Shown: piece by piece, positions 52,163 to 64,000 of the stretch
How the letters are laid out: the number at the start of each line of letters is the position of its first letter
How positions within the stretch are numbered: position 1 is the first letter of the stretch
Assembly (NCBI GenBank): GCA_904063045.1
Contig: CAJFCJ010000003.1
Span: forward strand, 248,001-312,000
Origin: Dimorphilus gyrociliatus
Taxonomy: Eukaryota; Animalia; Annelida
Direction of reading: 5' to 3'
Length of the DNA: 64,000 bases
Made by a program: the position numbers and the translations under genes
The notes under the pieces: model-generated
What the model saw: only the letters and a program-made list of their open reading frames with translations
Databases searched by the model: none
What the model was told of the DNA's origin: nothing

Positions 52163-53422
52163 TATAATAAAAAGGAAAGATATCTTATCTGTTATTTTAA
52201 TGATTTCTTTCTTTTATCATAAATAAAGTAAATTATTATTACAAAAGATAGAATTGTAATTTCTACTAATAAATTAATTAATCAAGCTATTAATTAATTA
52301 AGTAATTAATTATTTCATATCTCTATTATATTCTCGAATAATGTATTAATTTGTTTTCTTATCTGCCCACTTCTTTTTCCACCTTACACTCAGTCTCTAT
52401 ATGCACCTTTTAGTAAATCAGCATTAAATAATACTAAATGAACTAGTCTGGGGACTATTTATCTATTTTCCTTTTGCCCTTGCTAAAATCCTTCCACCAC
52501 GTGTTTGTCTGCAAGTTTTATGCCGTTTAACGGTAAAAATGTACAATAGGTGACACCACTACCGCACATAACCCTGGTTTTTCGACAATGTTCTTGTAGT
52601 AAGTAATATATATATGAAGAGAAAAAGAGAGAGGGAGAGAGAAAGAGTATACATATAACGCTAAATACTGTATATATACATATATATATACATTTATATA
52701 TACTGTATATATAAATCAACAGAAATAAGGAGGAAAGAAAATGCAGTAAAGGGTCTATAAAACATAATACAACTATGACCTTGTCATTTATATAGATCTT
52801 GGTAAAATTACAAATAAGCCTTTTTTAAGTATTAACGCAATGTTTGGAAGGTTGAAAATAATTAAAAAGAAGAAAGGAACGAAAGAGGAAAAGATGGGAA
52901 ATGAGTAAGGAAGATATTGTTAAAGAAACAGTAAATTCAAGAAAAACCGCCAATGTTTCTATTATTTTGTACTAGAGAAAATATTATATTAAATATACTC
53001 TTCTAACAAAAGAAATAAGAACTACTGTTCTTTCTCTTTCTTTATATAAAATAGAAGTTTATATGCATCGTTTAATAGGTGTTCCTTAATGATTGTAAAC
53101 AGTTGTAGGCTATTCTATTTTGCTTCTCTTTCTTTTTAACAATTCGGAATTGAAAGTACAAATTCTTTTGGCTATTTTTGAAAATCTAAAAATATGAATC
53201 TTTTTCGATTATTCCAAAAGTAAAACATTTTTCGGCCAATATCCCACAAAACAAGACTAAAAATAGATATTCCTATTTATAATAAAAACAGGCTCCAGAT
53301 AAAAGGCCCAATCTCTTTAGGGTCAGCCCGGTTGTTCAACGTTGTTTGAACTCTTATAACATTGAACTATCAAGGTTATTGCCTATGAGATTTTAGACTA
53401 CTTCAGCCTAGTAAGCTATCCA

Positions 53423-55743
53423 ATGAATATTAATTCTTTTATTACAATCGGTGATTGGCCGAATACTTCCGAAATTAGCTTTCACTCCCAGACCATGAAC
53501 GATAGCGGCCAGATCTCTTTTTTTGAATTAAAAACAAAAAAAAGAAAGCTAAGTGAACTTTCGGACGATAAAAGCGAGTTTAATGCACTTTCGTCAAACG
53601 AAAATTCTCAATTTTTAGAATCGGAAAAGTGCGAATTTTCAACAATTTTCTCAAATGATATTCCACAGAATTACGATAATGAAACTTTTTCGAAAGATCA
53701 AAGTTCAATTTCCACAATAAATAGTGAATTATCTGCACCATTGGATTTATGCATAAAAAAAGAGGAGGAGGAAATAGAATGCGCGATATGTTCCGATAAA
53801 GCAACGGGATTACATTACGGTATTTTAACATGCGAAGGGTAATACTTTTATTTCTCTATATTAACAATAAAGAAACAGTATGTTATTTATATAGATAATA
53901 AATAAATAATCTTTCAATTAAAAACTTTAAACTCGTTAAAAGACAAAGTAATTTAAAACTTTTTAAGTCAATTATATATAGACTGAATATGCATGCTAAG
54001 TATGTGTGCAATGTATTTGTTTTACTGTATTTACCTATGGGTATAAAGCTTATCTGTCTTTAATGCGTAATGTATAATGTGATTGTAGCAATAGTTGGAA
54101 AGATAGAGGGAGAAACTTTATCAAATGCAACTTTAAATCATAAAGTGATATTATAGAAAGAAAAAAAAACCAGGTATATCTGGGGCCTAGGAATATCACA
54201 GCTATATGCACAAAAAATATCAATATATAAATATATAACAAGAGAGAGAGAGAGAGAGAGGAAGGAAGGGAGGACGAAAATGAAAAGAACGAAAAGTTGT
54301 TTTTTATTAATAAAAACACATAAACATACGATTTTAATTTAGTATTTAGTTGATTTTTACAGTTTTTCCGTTCTTGAACACTGTACTTTATCGACTTTTT
54401 AATTAAATAAACAGCTTGCAGAATATATATATATGTATATATATATATACGATTATAGGTTAACCACCGCAGCGAGCATCTATCGCTCTAAACAGTATAC
54501 AATGTTTCTAGACAACAAAAAGAAATATAAATTGGATGGCCTAACTTTTTCAAGCCCAATTTATCTGGTTTTTTTTTAAAAAAAAAAAACTTGTAATAAA
54601 AACACTAATATTTCTGATAATAGAAAAGTTTGGTAAACTTTTTATAGGCTGAAAGTTTTATATTATCGGTAAATTGTCAAATATCCTTGTTGAATGGATG
54701 CTTTTTCTTTATATATATATATATATATATATAAACCAGACAAATATAACATGCTCACTTTATCGTTATGCTGGCCTATAATATTTATTTTGATTATTAA
54801 TTTATTCGTCAGATGCAAGGGATTCTTTAAAAGAACAGTTCAAAATAAAAAGATTTACGTCTGCACTGAGACTGGGAATTGTATTATTACAAAATTAAAA
54901 AGGAACAAGTGCCAATACTGTCGTTTTAAAAAATGTCTTAACGAGGGTATGGTCTTAGCGGCTGTTAGAGAAGATAGAATGCCTGGAGGTAGGAATAGTG
55001 GCGCCCTCTATGCGAATTGCGATTCAAAATATAAGAAATTAAGGAAAAAGATAAAAAAACAACCGAAACAGACATTGAATCTAAATGAAGGATCTACAAG
55101 AGATATTCAAGATTGGCTATCAAATTTTCATAATAAAACTAAAACGGAAGAGATTTGCGAATCGGCTAAAGTTGAATATCTAAGTAATGAGGAAGATTAC
55201 TTCCGTAATACTTTATCTTATATATCTCTTATTCAAACGATATCTAATTGCGAAAAGGATGAATTTCTTCCGACTGGCATCACGAGTTTGTATTCTGGCC
55301 AATTCGAAAATCAATTTGTTAATTACCTTGTACAATGGGCTGAAAAAATTCCATATTTTAAACAACTTTCTTTAGAGGAGCAGACAAAAGCCTTAATAGC
55401 CAAATGGCCTCAACTCTTAATGTTAATATATTCGGATAATAATTACTATTTGCCTAGGAATCATATTCAAATTATTGACGAACTTCGCGACTATTTCATT
55501 AATACCGGTATTAGTCGTATAGAAATAGGCCTACTAAAGGCATTTTTGTTGCTTTCTTCTAATAAAATTTACGGCGAAGAAGTAATAAAGACGTTGAAAT
55601 ATCATATATATTCAACAAATGGATTAGACAATTACGAAGAGAGAGTTGATAAGTTTTTGAATTTATTAAAATTTATAGAAATGGCGGCCGAAGAATTGGC
55701 AAAGAATAATTTACTCTTTTCACCCTTGTTACCTCTTGTTTAA
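53423..55743 (+). CDS. Hr4: Nuclear hormone receptor Hr4/GCNF-like (NR6A), two exons (53423-53838, 54813-55743), 448 aa
   Basis: A phase-2 intron (GG|GTAATA...cgtcag|A) restores [33 protein letters not shown]...[31 protein letters not shown], the DBD and C-terminal extension typical of Hr4/NR6A. The LBD signature is [11 protein letters not shown]...KWPQLLML. Confidence 0.85.
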
Positions 55744-55928
55744 TTAAGAAACAAATTCAAAGATTAAAAGTAAAGTATAAACGAACGAAACGTGTCATTA
55801 TAAAGAAAAACTATTATATTAATATACTGTGTATATACAGCTACATGTATTTTGTTGTAAATGTTGTACTCGATTGTGTTATTTGTTTGTTTGCTTTTTC
55901 TTTTTAATTCTTGCAGTTTTCTCTTTTC

Positions 55929-55966
55929 CCTCCTCCTCCTCCTCCTCCTCCTCCTCCTCCTCCTCC
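55929..55966. repeat. (CCT)n trinucleotide repeat downstream of the nuclear receptor stop
   Basis: Direct reading. It produces the poly-Arg and poly-Ser ORFs at 55764-56020. Confidence 0.9.
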
Positions 55967-56509
55967 ACCTTCTCATTCTCTTCCCTTCCCTCTCTCCTCT
56001 ATATCGAAACAGTAATTTAATTTTATTTTAAACGAATGAAAAGAGAAATAAGTGAAATGAGCATATAAAGAAAAGAAAATAAAGCCAAAATACAAACAAC
56101 TGCTGATTATTGCCTGCAAAAAGAAGACAATATATATATATATACTGTACAAGTAACTTTTTATTAACTGATTGGTTACAAAAGAAGAATGTAAACAAAA
56201 AAACATAAAAAAATATTAATAGCTCTATTTTTAACATTATTAAATAGAGAGGAAATATAAACGTATTGTTTCTTGGTTGTTGCCATAATTTGACAGAGTT
56301 TTTTTGTTTTTTCCTTTAAATAAATACTGTATAATAGTCTAAATATAGTATATATAGGCTTAGTTTTTTTCTCTTCTTCCTTGTTTATATTATTATTTTA
56401 ATAGTACTTTGATTTATTTTTTTTTAGTTTTGCATGTTTTATAATTATATTTAATATTCTTTCTTTTACTTTCTTTTCTCATTCATTCAAATCTCTTTGA
56501 ATAAACTTT

Positions 56510-56541
<32 letters not shown>

Positions 56542-59500
56542 TTTCTTATCTTTCATATGTTCAGTAATAGATGTATTTATGGTAGATATCAAATAACTCA
56601 TTTACTATTGTATATTAATACGACAGATTTAGTCTAAATTCCAAATAGTACTTTTTAATTGAATGAGGAAGATGTTAAAATTGTATTTCTAATAAACTGA
56701 AAATAAATGACCTTGAATATTACATACTGTGTACAATTATATAGCGAATTTTATCATCTCTTCTATAGAACATGTAAGCAAATCATCACATATTTCGTTT
56801 ATGAATTTGTTTTTTAAAAAAACAAAATATCGTTTATTTTTTATATATGTACTTGTAATTAATCCTATCAATGGTGGATAGTTTAGCTATTTTAAACACG
56901 GCCTTTTCATAGTCTATGATCCTTGACGAAACACTAATGACAACCGTAAATCACTGGGGAATGTTCTCCAAAATTCGTAATAAAGAGGAGAGTATAGTTT
57001 AAAAAGAACCACATAATAAATGATAAATATAAATAATTATAAGATTAGAACTCTAATTGTAATCGATATGCATTAATATGTTTCCTTCTAATTTCATATA
57101 AAATTTCCGAGTATTCTTTACAGTTCGCATGAATAACCTAATATAAATATAGCTAATCAATGCTACAATGATTATTCATCCGTTAGATAAGTTAATTGTT
57201 ATAACATTTTTCTTTTTCTGTATAAACATTAATAATTTCTAATTTATCTAAAAACTTATCAAAGTTCATTAAATTATTCATTCAATACAATTTCGTTCAT
57301 CATCTTTTTCTGTTGTTAATTTGGGATTATTTAAGGAAAGTTGCTAGATTTAGATATTAGAAAGACTTTTGTCGAGTCAAGTGTATATATAAACAAAATA
57401 TCATATCTGTACAATTGTTATTGTTGTTAATATTAGCGTATATCATATTTTATCATTTATGACCAACATGTAAATGTACCAGAATTATAAATCTGTGCCT
57501 ATATATCATTACAATACATTTCCTACCTTAATCGGTATACCATTTTAATTATTCTACTTTTCTATTAAAACTCGATTATTGTTTCGCTATTCTCTTTCCA
57601 AAGTAAACTATAATTCTACTTACAAGATCACTTCCTTTCTTTCTTCCTTATGTAGTCTCCTCTCTCCTACTTCTTTTGAGAGCCTTTCGTAAATTCGGCA
57701 AGCAACGTCTACCAGTTTACCGATAGACTGAAAAAGAATTAATCCTTACAAGGAAATATGTTTTGTCATTTTTTTCCAATCCGCTAAATCTGGTATAGAT
57801 GAGCTTAAAGAAATATCTTAGAGTATTCTCTCGCAATTATAATAATTATATTAAAAATATGCAAATTATATTTAAAAATATTCAAATATGTTGATGGAAA
57901 AACTAAAAAGGGGAGAGTTTAATATTTTAATAATTTCCTACTTATAACTAACTAGATATTGCAATAATAAAATAATAAAGAAATCATTATATCTGGATTT
58001 AATTCAGATCTTTCACGAGAATTTCTTTTCCTGTTAAAATGACTATTTACATAAATATTTCATTATCACATTATCACCGTCATACCTCATTAATGTCACT
58101 GTTTACAGTTTTCATATTAAATGTGAGGGGAAGAGAGAGAGAGAAAGAGAGAGAAAGAGTTCAGTTTCTAAATATTTCTTTTTTAATTAGCGTAGTACAG
58201 TATTTTATTTAAATACTAATTGCGAATATTTTCACTAATTGAGGTTAATTAACCCACCTCTTTCCCTATTTGATTTATAATTATTCGTTGAGATATATCA
58301 CACTGAAAAACTATATTCATTATAGAGTTTCTTTCGAAGTAAGTGTTAAGTTGCTTATTAAACTTATCCATGTCAGTTTCTTTCTTTCTCTCTCTCTCTC
58401 TCATTCTCTTGATTAAGTTATTGTCCTATTTCCAGAACTGTATAAGGCCAATTAAATAATACAAGGTTGTAGGACTTAATTAAAAGAATTTGGTTTAATT
58501 GCAAAGATAGCTTGTAGTCTAACCCTTCTTCGATCGGAGCAGAGCACGAATAAATAAAAGTATATAGCGTCTTTATCGTCTCTTAACGATAGGAAAGAAG
58601 AAATACTTTTCAAAGAAAAAACATAAAGAAGTAAAAAAATAAACAATAAAAGTTGATATAAAATACAAGAACTAAAGCTTTAAAATATAAAGATGGGCAT
58701 CAATTTTTTTTCCTTTTCCAAGCAAATAATACATCAGAAGGTGTCTAATGATTCAATTTACTGCGGAAATATCGCATCGTCAACTGTAATTTGTAATTAT
58801 ACTAGTCTGGGAGAAGGGGGAATTATCATAGTTTATTGCTGTTTATTCACCTAATTGAACAGAGAAAAAGAGCATAATATTTATTTATCTTGAACTTGAA
58901 CTCTATTCAAAAGCTCTATATAATTATATTCTGTATATTCAGTATTGATTGTAACGTATAGAATATAACTTTTAAGGAAACTAACAGAGAAATAAATTGC
59001 ATTTAAATATATCTGTTACAGACGTTAAGAGAGAGAGAGAGAGACGCAGAAAGAGACAGATACAGATACAGAAAGACAAACAGCCTGAGAAAATTTTCAA
59101 CATAACTCCTCCATTAATGGTTAAAATATGAAAAAGTATTGCATAACTCTTTTTTCTCTCCTCTCTTCGTATTTAATTATTTTCTATCATATTTTTAGAA
59201 AATATTATAGTTTCTTTGTTCTATCTTTGCATTTGTTTGACTTAATCGAGTGGAATGATATACTCTTTTTTCTATTATGTATATACTATGTATACTGTAA
59301 TTTGCATAATTAAAACTATCTCTTGATAGCATCATTTTAACAGATGTAAGGTGGTATAGTGGCAGAATAACGATAATTCAGTAGAATCTAATAATTCGTT
59401 TAACAATATTCCCATCACGAATATGGTTTTTAGGGAAGAGAGAAAAAAACTTTCAAGTTATAGCTGAAGAATTGTATAGACTTTTAAAATAGAGAGCGAA

Positions 59501-60687
59501 TAGAGAGATTCCTAATCAAAAGGATATTAGTTACTTTCCCTTCCTGGAAAAGGATTGTTAAATAAGTAAAAAATAGTTAATAAGTTATCGATTGAAGAAT
59601 ATTAAACGTTTATTCTAATATTAAGAGTTTTTTACTACGAAATCTTTTTCTAAAGAAAGAGAAAATCAACTTTTAGTTTTTTACTTGTTTAGAAAAAATT
59701 TCGTTTCAAGGTAGAAATGTTTATACTTAACTCACAAAGTGTATTGGCATAGAATAATAAATATTTATACTAAAAATAAATAATAGAATACTCTAAAGAA
59801 ATATCTGTACAAAATCTTCTTCAACAAACTTTTGATAGATAGAGAGAGGGAGAGAGGAGACGCAGGCAGGGAGGAAGGAGGAAAGAAAAATACATTTTCA
59901 TTATCTATCTCAATCTTCCTCTTCTTCTTCTTTTAATAGTTATTAAAAATTCTCCCTTTCCTACTTTTTTCTTGGATTACATAACGAGCCCATGAAGAAT
60001 TCTAAAAGTTTTTGTTAAGAACTCCAAAAGTTCTTATCTCCCTATCTGTCGATATACAATTGTTTTATTCTAATTATTTTATGACAATTACATCCTCTTT
60101 AAACAATTATTCCATCAGATAGGTTGATAATTATCTTGTTACAATGACATTTCGCTAAAGAAAATCTCCATTACTGCACACCGATAATAGAATCTGATGA
60201 AAGTTCAAGGGAGTTAGATAATTAACATATCGCTATTCATATCACGAAACTAGTTTTTAGACATGTAAAAGAGAAGGTCTATTTATAGAATAAATATTAT
60301 TCATATATAAGTATATATATATATACGGAAAATCATAAAAGTACAATTTAATAAATAATTTTTTTTTTATAAAAAAAAAATAAATAAGAAAATAAAATAT
60401 TTTTATTTTTTATTAATAGGACTACAGCGCTTATTAAAATACAGTGTATATTGATTTATAAGGCGCCCTAAAATTGACAATTCATTATCGAATCATTCGA
60501 TTACAAACAATTGGGTTTATTTCAAAAAATTGAAACTTGAAAATATACTTTTATGTATAATTATATAAATTTATGCATATTATAATTTATATTATAAATG
60601 TTATAAACCTTTGTACAATTTATAAGTTTTAAGAGACTTTAACATTTGTATATTTAGGTTAGTTGACTTATAAACGATGTTTGTTAT

Positions 60688-62996
60688 CTAAACGTCGTCG
60701 GCGTCAAAAGTCCTTCCGTGAAATGATGCCACGGCCGTTTGTAAACCCATCCTTCTTTGTTTCCTTCTTTCTTCTATTAAGGCTCTGGCTCTTTTCTTTT
60801 CTAATAACACTTTAAAAAAGTTATGAATAACAGCGTCGGCTAGTTCGCACATTGTTAAAACAGACGCGCCGATAAACAATCCCAGTGAACCGCCGATATC
60901 GGACCATAAATTTGTGACTTCGTATCCAACTTGTTGTTCAACGTGCTCGTAATACAATTCCTTCATAAAGACGTCAACTTCCATAAAATTACTTCTAATG
61001 AAAGCAACGTCAATTTCATTGCCCTGCTTGAACTTGTCGAGGTCTTGACGCCAGGCGGAGAAAGCTTTAAAGAATCTATCGTCCGTATCGCCAACTTTTT
61101 TCGACATATCCGATTTATTTTGAATATCGCCCATCGTCTTTTCAATTCGTTTAGTAATTTTGAAAATCATATTAACAGTTCGCCAAGGAAGATCGATGCT
61201 GTAAAAATGTCTTATCGAAGTACAGTCACCTAAATTTGGTTGCTTCATCGCTCTATAATCTGATGAATTTGTTCGATATCCATCAGCTAATTCCATATAA
61301 AACTTTCTAGTTATTTCCTCATCACCAATCGATACCAAAACACCGAGATAAGTGTTTGTAAATTTTTTCCAATCGTGGTTAAAGTTTCTAGTTCTAGCCC
61401 TAATATCGTTAAAAAGCACTTGAAATTGTTGCATCTTTTCAGTTACACCTCCCGATAGAATTCGTCGGGCTAGTTCAGTTTTACTTGAATTTTTTCCAGC
61501 CGAGATATAAGCTTTCGATAGATTAATTTGACTCTCGAAAAATGGCCATATAACTTTATTCAATTTGTTCATTAGGTCGTCAATATTACCGAGAAGCATA
61601 AGTAGATCACTTCTTTCCTTAAGGAATAGAGCGTATTTCTTATCAAAACTAGTCAGCTTCTTTTCTAATTCATCCCTTATCGAGTAGATAAGATCTTCTC
61701 TGATATATTGTCTATGCTTCACCATTCTCTTTGCGGCCGATCTCAAACTTTTTAAAGTTGAAAGGTAGTCGTTTATTTGTTCTGGTTTACTTGATTTTAG
61801 AAAATCGTGCAGATCAGTTAAATTGTGGAATGTGGCGTTAACGTCTTGTTCAAGATTAACAAAATGTTCATAAGTTATCTTCCATTTTTTAGATAGTAAT
61901 TCACTGGGAACAAGAGCTAATTTATACTTTTCGGGAAACTCTCGAAAGTCTAAATTTGACAATTTATACGGTTTTCCACTCTCGAATGCTCTTCTTACTT
62001 TTACCAAAGAAGAAACAGAGTCTTTTGCCAATTTTCTTTGAACTCTGGTCGCCTTCTCAGCCTGCCATAGATACAAGTTTCGTTCTTTAGTAGAATTTGA
62101 TAGCATAGCCTTTTGAATATTCAATTTCAAATCGTAGGTAAACATTCTCATATTTGTCGTTAAGGAAGACAGCAATTCATCTTCGAAATTTTGCCAAGTG
62201 GCTAAAAAGCTAAAAGTAGTAAATTTAACGACAAATGGAAGAGCAAAATTCCTATGAAATTGGCATCTGCACTCGTGTTCTCGCTTTTTATCTTTAACTA
62301 TTTGATATAAATCTTGTAATATTGAATTTATTTGAATAAAAGCCTGGTACAAAATCTTTGACGTCCTCCATACCGCTTCAACTTTCTCTCTATCCTTACT
62401 AACGGCATGAGGTTTAACCTTCTGACCCGTTTCTCTAGCTTTAATATAATTTTGCTTTAGATTATGTATCCTCTTCCCATGAAGGATCCTATCCGTATCA
62501 AATTCGGAAGTGGTCGAATAAGATATACTAGCCTCGTACATTGTTCTACTACAAGGCATCGAACAAGAACAAGGATATCTCTTTTTCAGCTCTCCCATTA
62601 CGCAATATTTCATATCGCTAAAGTTACATACAGGATAATTTTGCTTCGTATTCGTCTCCTTTCCGGCTGGCATGTAAACTTCTCTACATTTGCAAATATT
62701 GCCAACATGTCTTAGTTTACATTCAATTTTACATCCGGGAATCGAATACAAATCATAGTAGTCTAACGTTTCTCTATCATCACACTTTCCATACGGATGC
62801 TTTAGATTATTAACTTGAAGTATTTGCAAGCCAACCAGGGCTTTTGACGATGGCGGAATAGCTTGTCCGAGCTCCCTTACAAGAGGAACTTCTTGTTGAT
62901 CGTGAACCAAAATTTTGAGACCCGCAGCGTTATTAGGTCCTTTCATATATTCGTATTGTTCAATATTTATCTTAACTGAAAGACCACGGCCAGCTC
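60688..62996 (-). CDS. DEG/ENaC (ASIC-like) sodium channel subunit, final exon only (5' exons not found in the window)
   Basis: Acceptor ttctttttag at 62997-62998, then GAGRGLSVKINIEQYEYMKGP..AGLKILVHDQ, Cys-rich thumb (C..EC...C.C...C...C.C...C), and TM2 WSDIGGSLGLFIGASVLTMCE with an intact GAS filter. Open to the stop at 60688. Confidence 0.93.
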
Positions 62997-64000
62997 CTAA
63001 AAAGAAAAAATTATTCTTCTATTATCCTATTACCAATAAAATAATATTTCCTTATTAATTCAAATTAATAAATATATCTAATTAATTAACTAATTACATT
63101 AATAATCAAATTTATTAGAGTAAAGTCGAATATTAATTGAATATTTGAGCTAATCTTGCCTTATTGACAGGCTTGTCGATTTCGAGTACAATTTCGTCCA
63201 ATAAATAAGATAAGAGTCTAGTCTTTAATCCGCGTTATAAGAATACACTTAGTGGCATATGGATATTAATAATTGATATTTAATCAAATCATAAACCTTG
63301 ACAAATTAACAAGATGGATAAATAGGGAAGAAGAAGAAGAAGTATGATTGATAAATATTATTTCCATTTCTTCTTCTTTAATATAAATACGGTCACTTGT
63401 AGAGATGTCAACTATAGACAATTTAATTAGTTTTTAATAAACATTTCCTGCGAGACTGTAAGGGAGAAAAGCCATTAAGAAATAATTATTCATCTATTTC
63501 ATCATCCCCCCTCCCTCTCTTTTTTCTCTATATCTAGACGAGTTTTATGCGCATTTATGACATTTTGAAGTTGAAGAAAAGAGATCTCCAACAGTTATGA
63601 TACGAAATAGCAGAAAATAATGCGGAGAAGAGGAAGAAAACTGAAGATATACATGTATAGCTATACAAATTAAGAACTCTAAACATACTAATTTGTTGTT
63701 AAGTCCCCTAAGTTATTCGAACATATTCTTTTTATAATTTCTCTCTCTCTCTCTCTCTCTTCCTCTCTAACTGCTATCTCTCTGTCTCCTTGTCACATAT
63801 GTTCGTTATTGTTTTTCTTATCTAAACAAAAGTTAGCAATCTTAACTTTTCTTTCCCTAACTTTTAGAGAGATCTTTCATTGAAACAACTGCAAAAGTAA
63901 TCTTCTTAATGGTCATTTTTTATAGTCGAGCTATATACAATTTATACAACTTGGTTTTCTTGAAAATTTATCTTAAATATTTATCTCTGATTCTTTTATA

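Noticed and set aside
54694-54812. N-terminal 40 aa of the 349-aa ORF ([12 protein letters not shown]...)
   Set aside because: It is intron: the acceptor at 54811-54812 joins exon 1 to complete the CEGCKG P-box.
2805-56237. ORFs rich in SLSL, RERE, YIYI, poly-Arg or poly-Ser (e.g. 2805-2999, 7459-7725, 14776-15024, 25399-25701, 46790-47065, 55764-56020)
   Set aside because: They are translations of microsatellites with no domain content.
2227-57866. Several ATGCAAAT octamer sites
   Set aside because: About 7 seen against roughly 5-6 expected from base composition, so not enriched.
60421-60480. TATAAGGCGC motif reminiscent of pogo/Tc2-like terminal repeats
   Set aside because: A single short match with no partner repeat or target duplication found.
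8022-62715. Opposite-strand or alternate-frame ORFs over real exons (8022-8252, 8270-8497, 37920-38291, 51202-51465, 51529-51843, 53580-53831, 55187-55375, 60931-61233, 62464-62715)
   Set aside because: They are shadows of coding or transposase sequence with no independent features.
1-64000. CRISPR arrays, tRNA, rRNA, snRNA and prokaryotic operon-like systems
   Set aside because: No spaced direct repeats or recognisable structural RNA motifs were seen and the DNA is clearly intron-containing eukaryotic sequence. Small ncRNAs could be missed without covariance-model searches.

Overview
AT-rich eukaryotic (metazoan, probably bilaterian invertebrate) genomic DNA, dense in microsatellites. No CRISPR, rRNA or tRNA recognised. 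Four main elements. (1) A large minus-strand Dbl-family RhoGEF gene (PLEKHG5/6/7-like, DH-PH). I threaded 18 coding exons from 42131 to 8014 with GT-AG sites and consistent phases (about 1130 aa), plus candidate alternative first exons, a frame-enforced mutually exclusive exon pair, and an optional 44-aa insert in the PH domain. (2) A complete but dead 1604-bp Tc1 (DD34E) transposon with 222-bp IR/DR terminal repeats (50559-52162). (3) A two-exon, compact Hr4/NR6A-type nuclear receptor (53423-55743, 448 aa). (4) The 2.3-kb last exon of a minus-strand DEG/ENaC (ASIC-like) channel whose 5' part lies beyond the window. Most notable observations: the channel carries a ~495-aa helical extracellular insertion where the ~30-aa knuckle normally sits, and the window holds 16 copies of TATA-C(A/T)G-TATA, the Tc1/Sleeping Beauty-type excision footprint matching the ends of the resident element. 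All gene models are hand-derived and have no transcript support.
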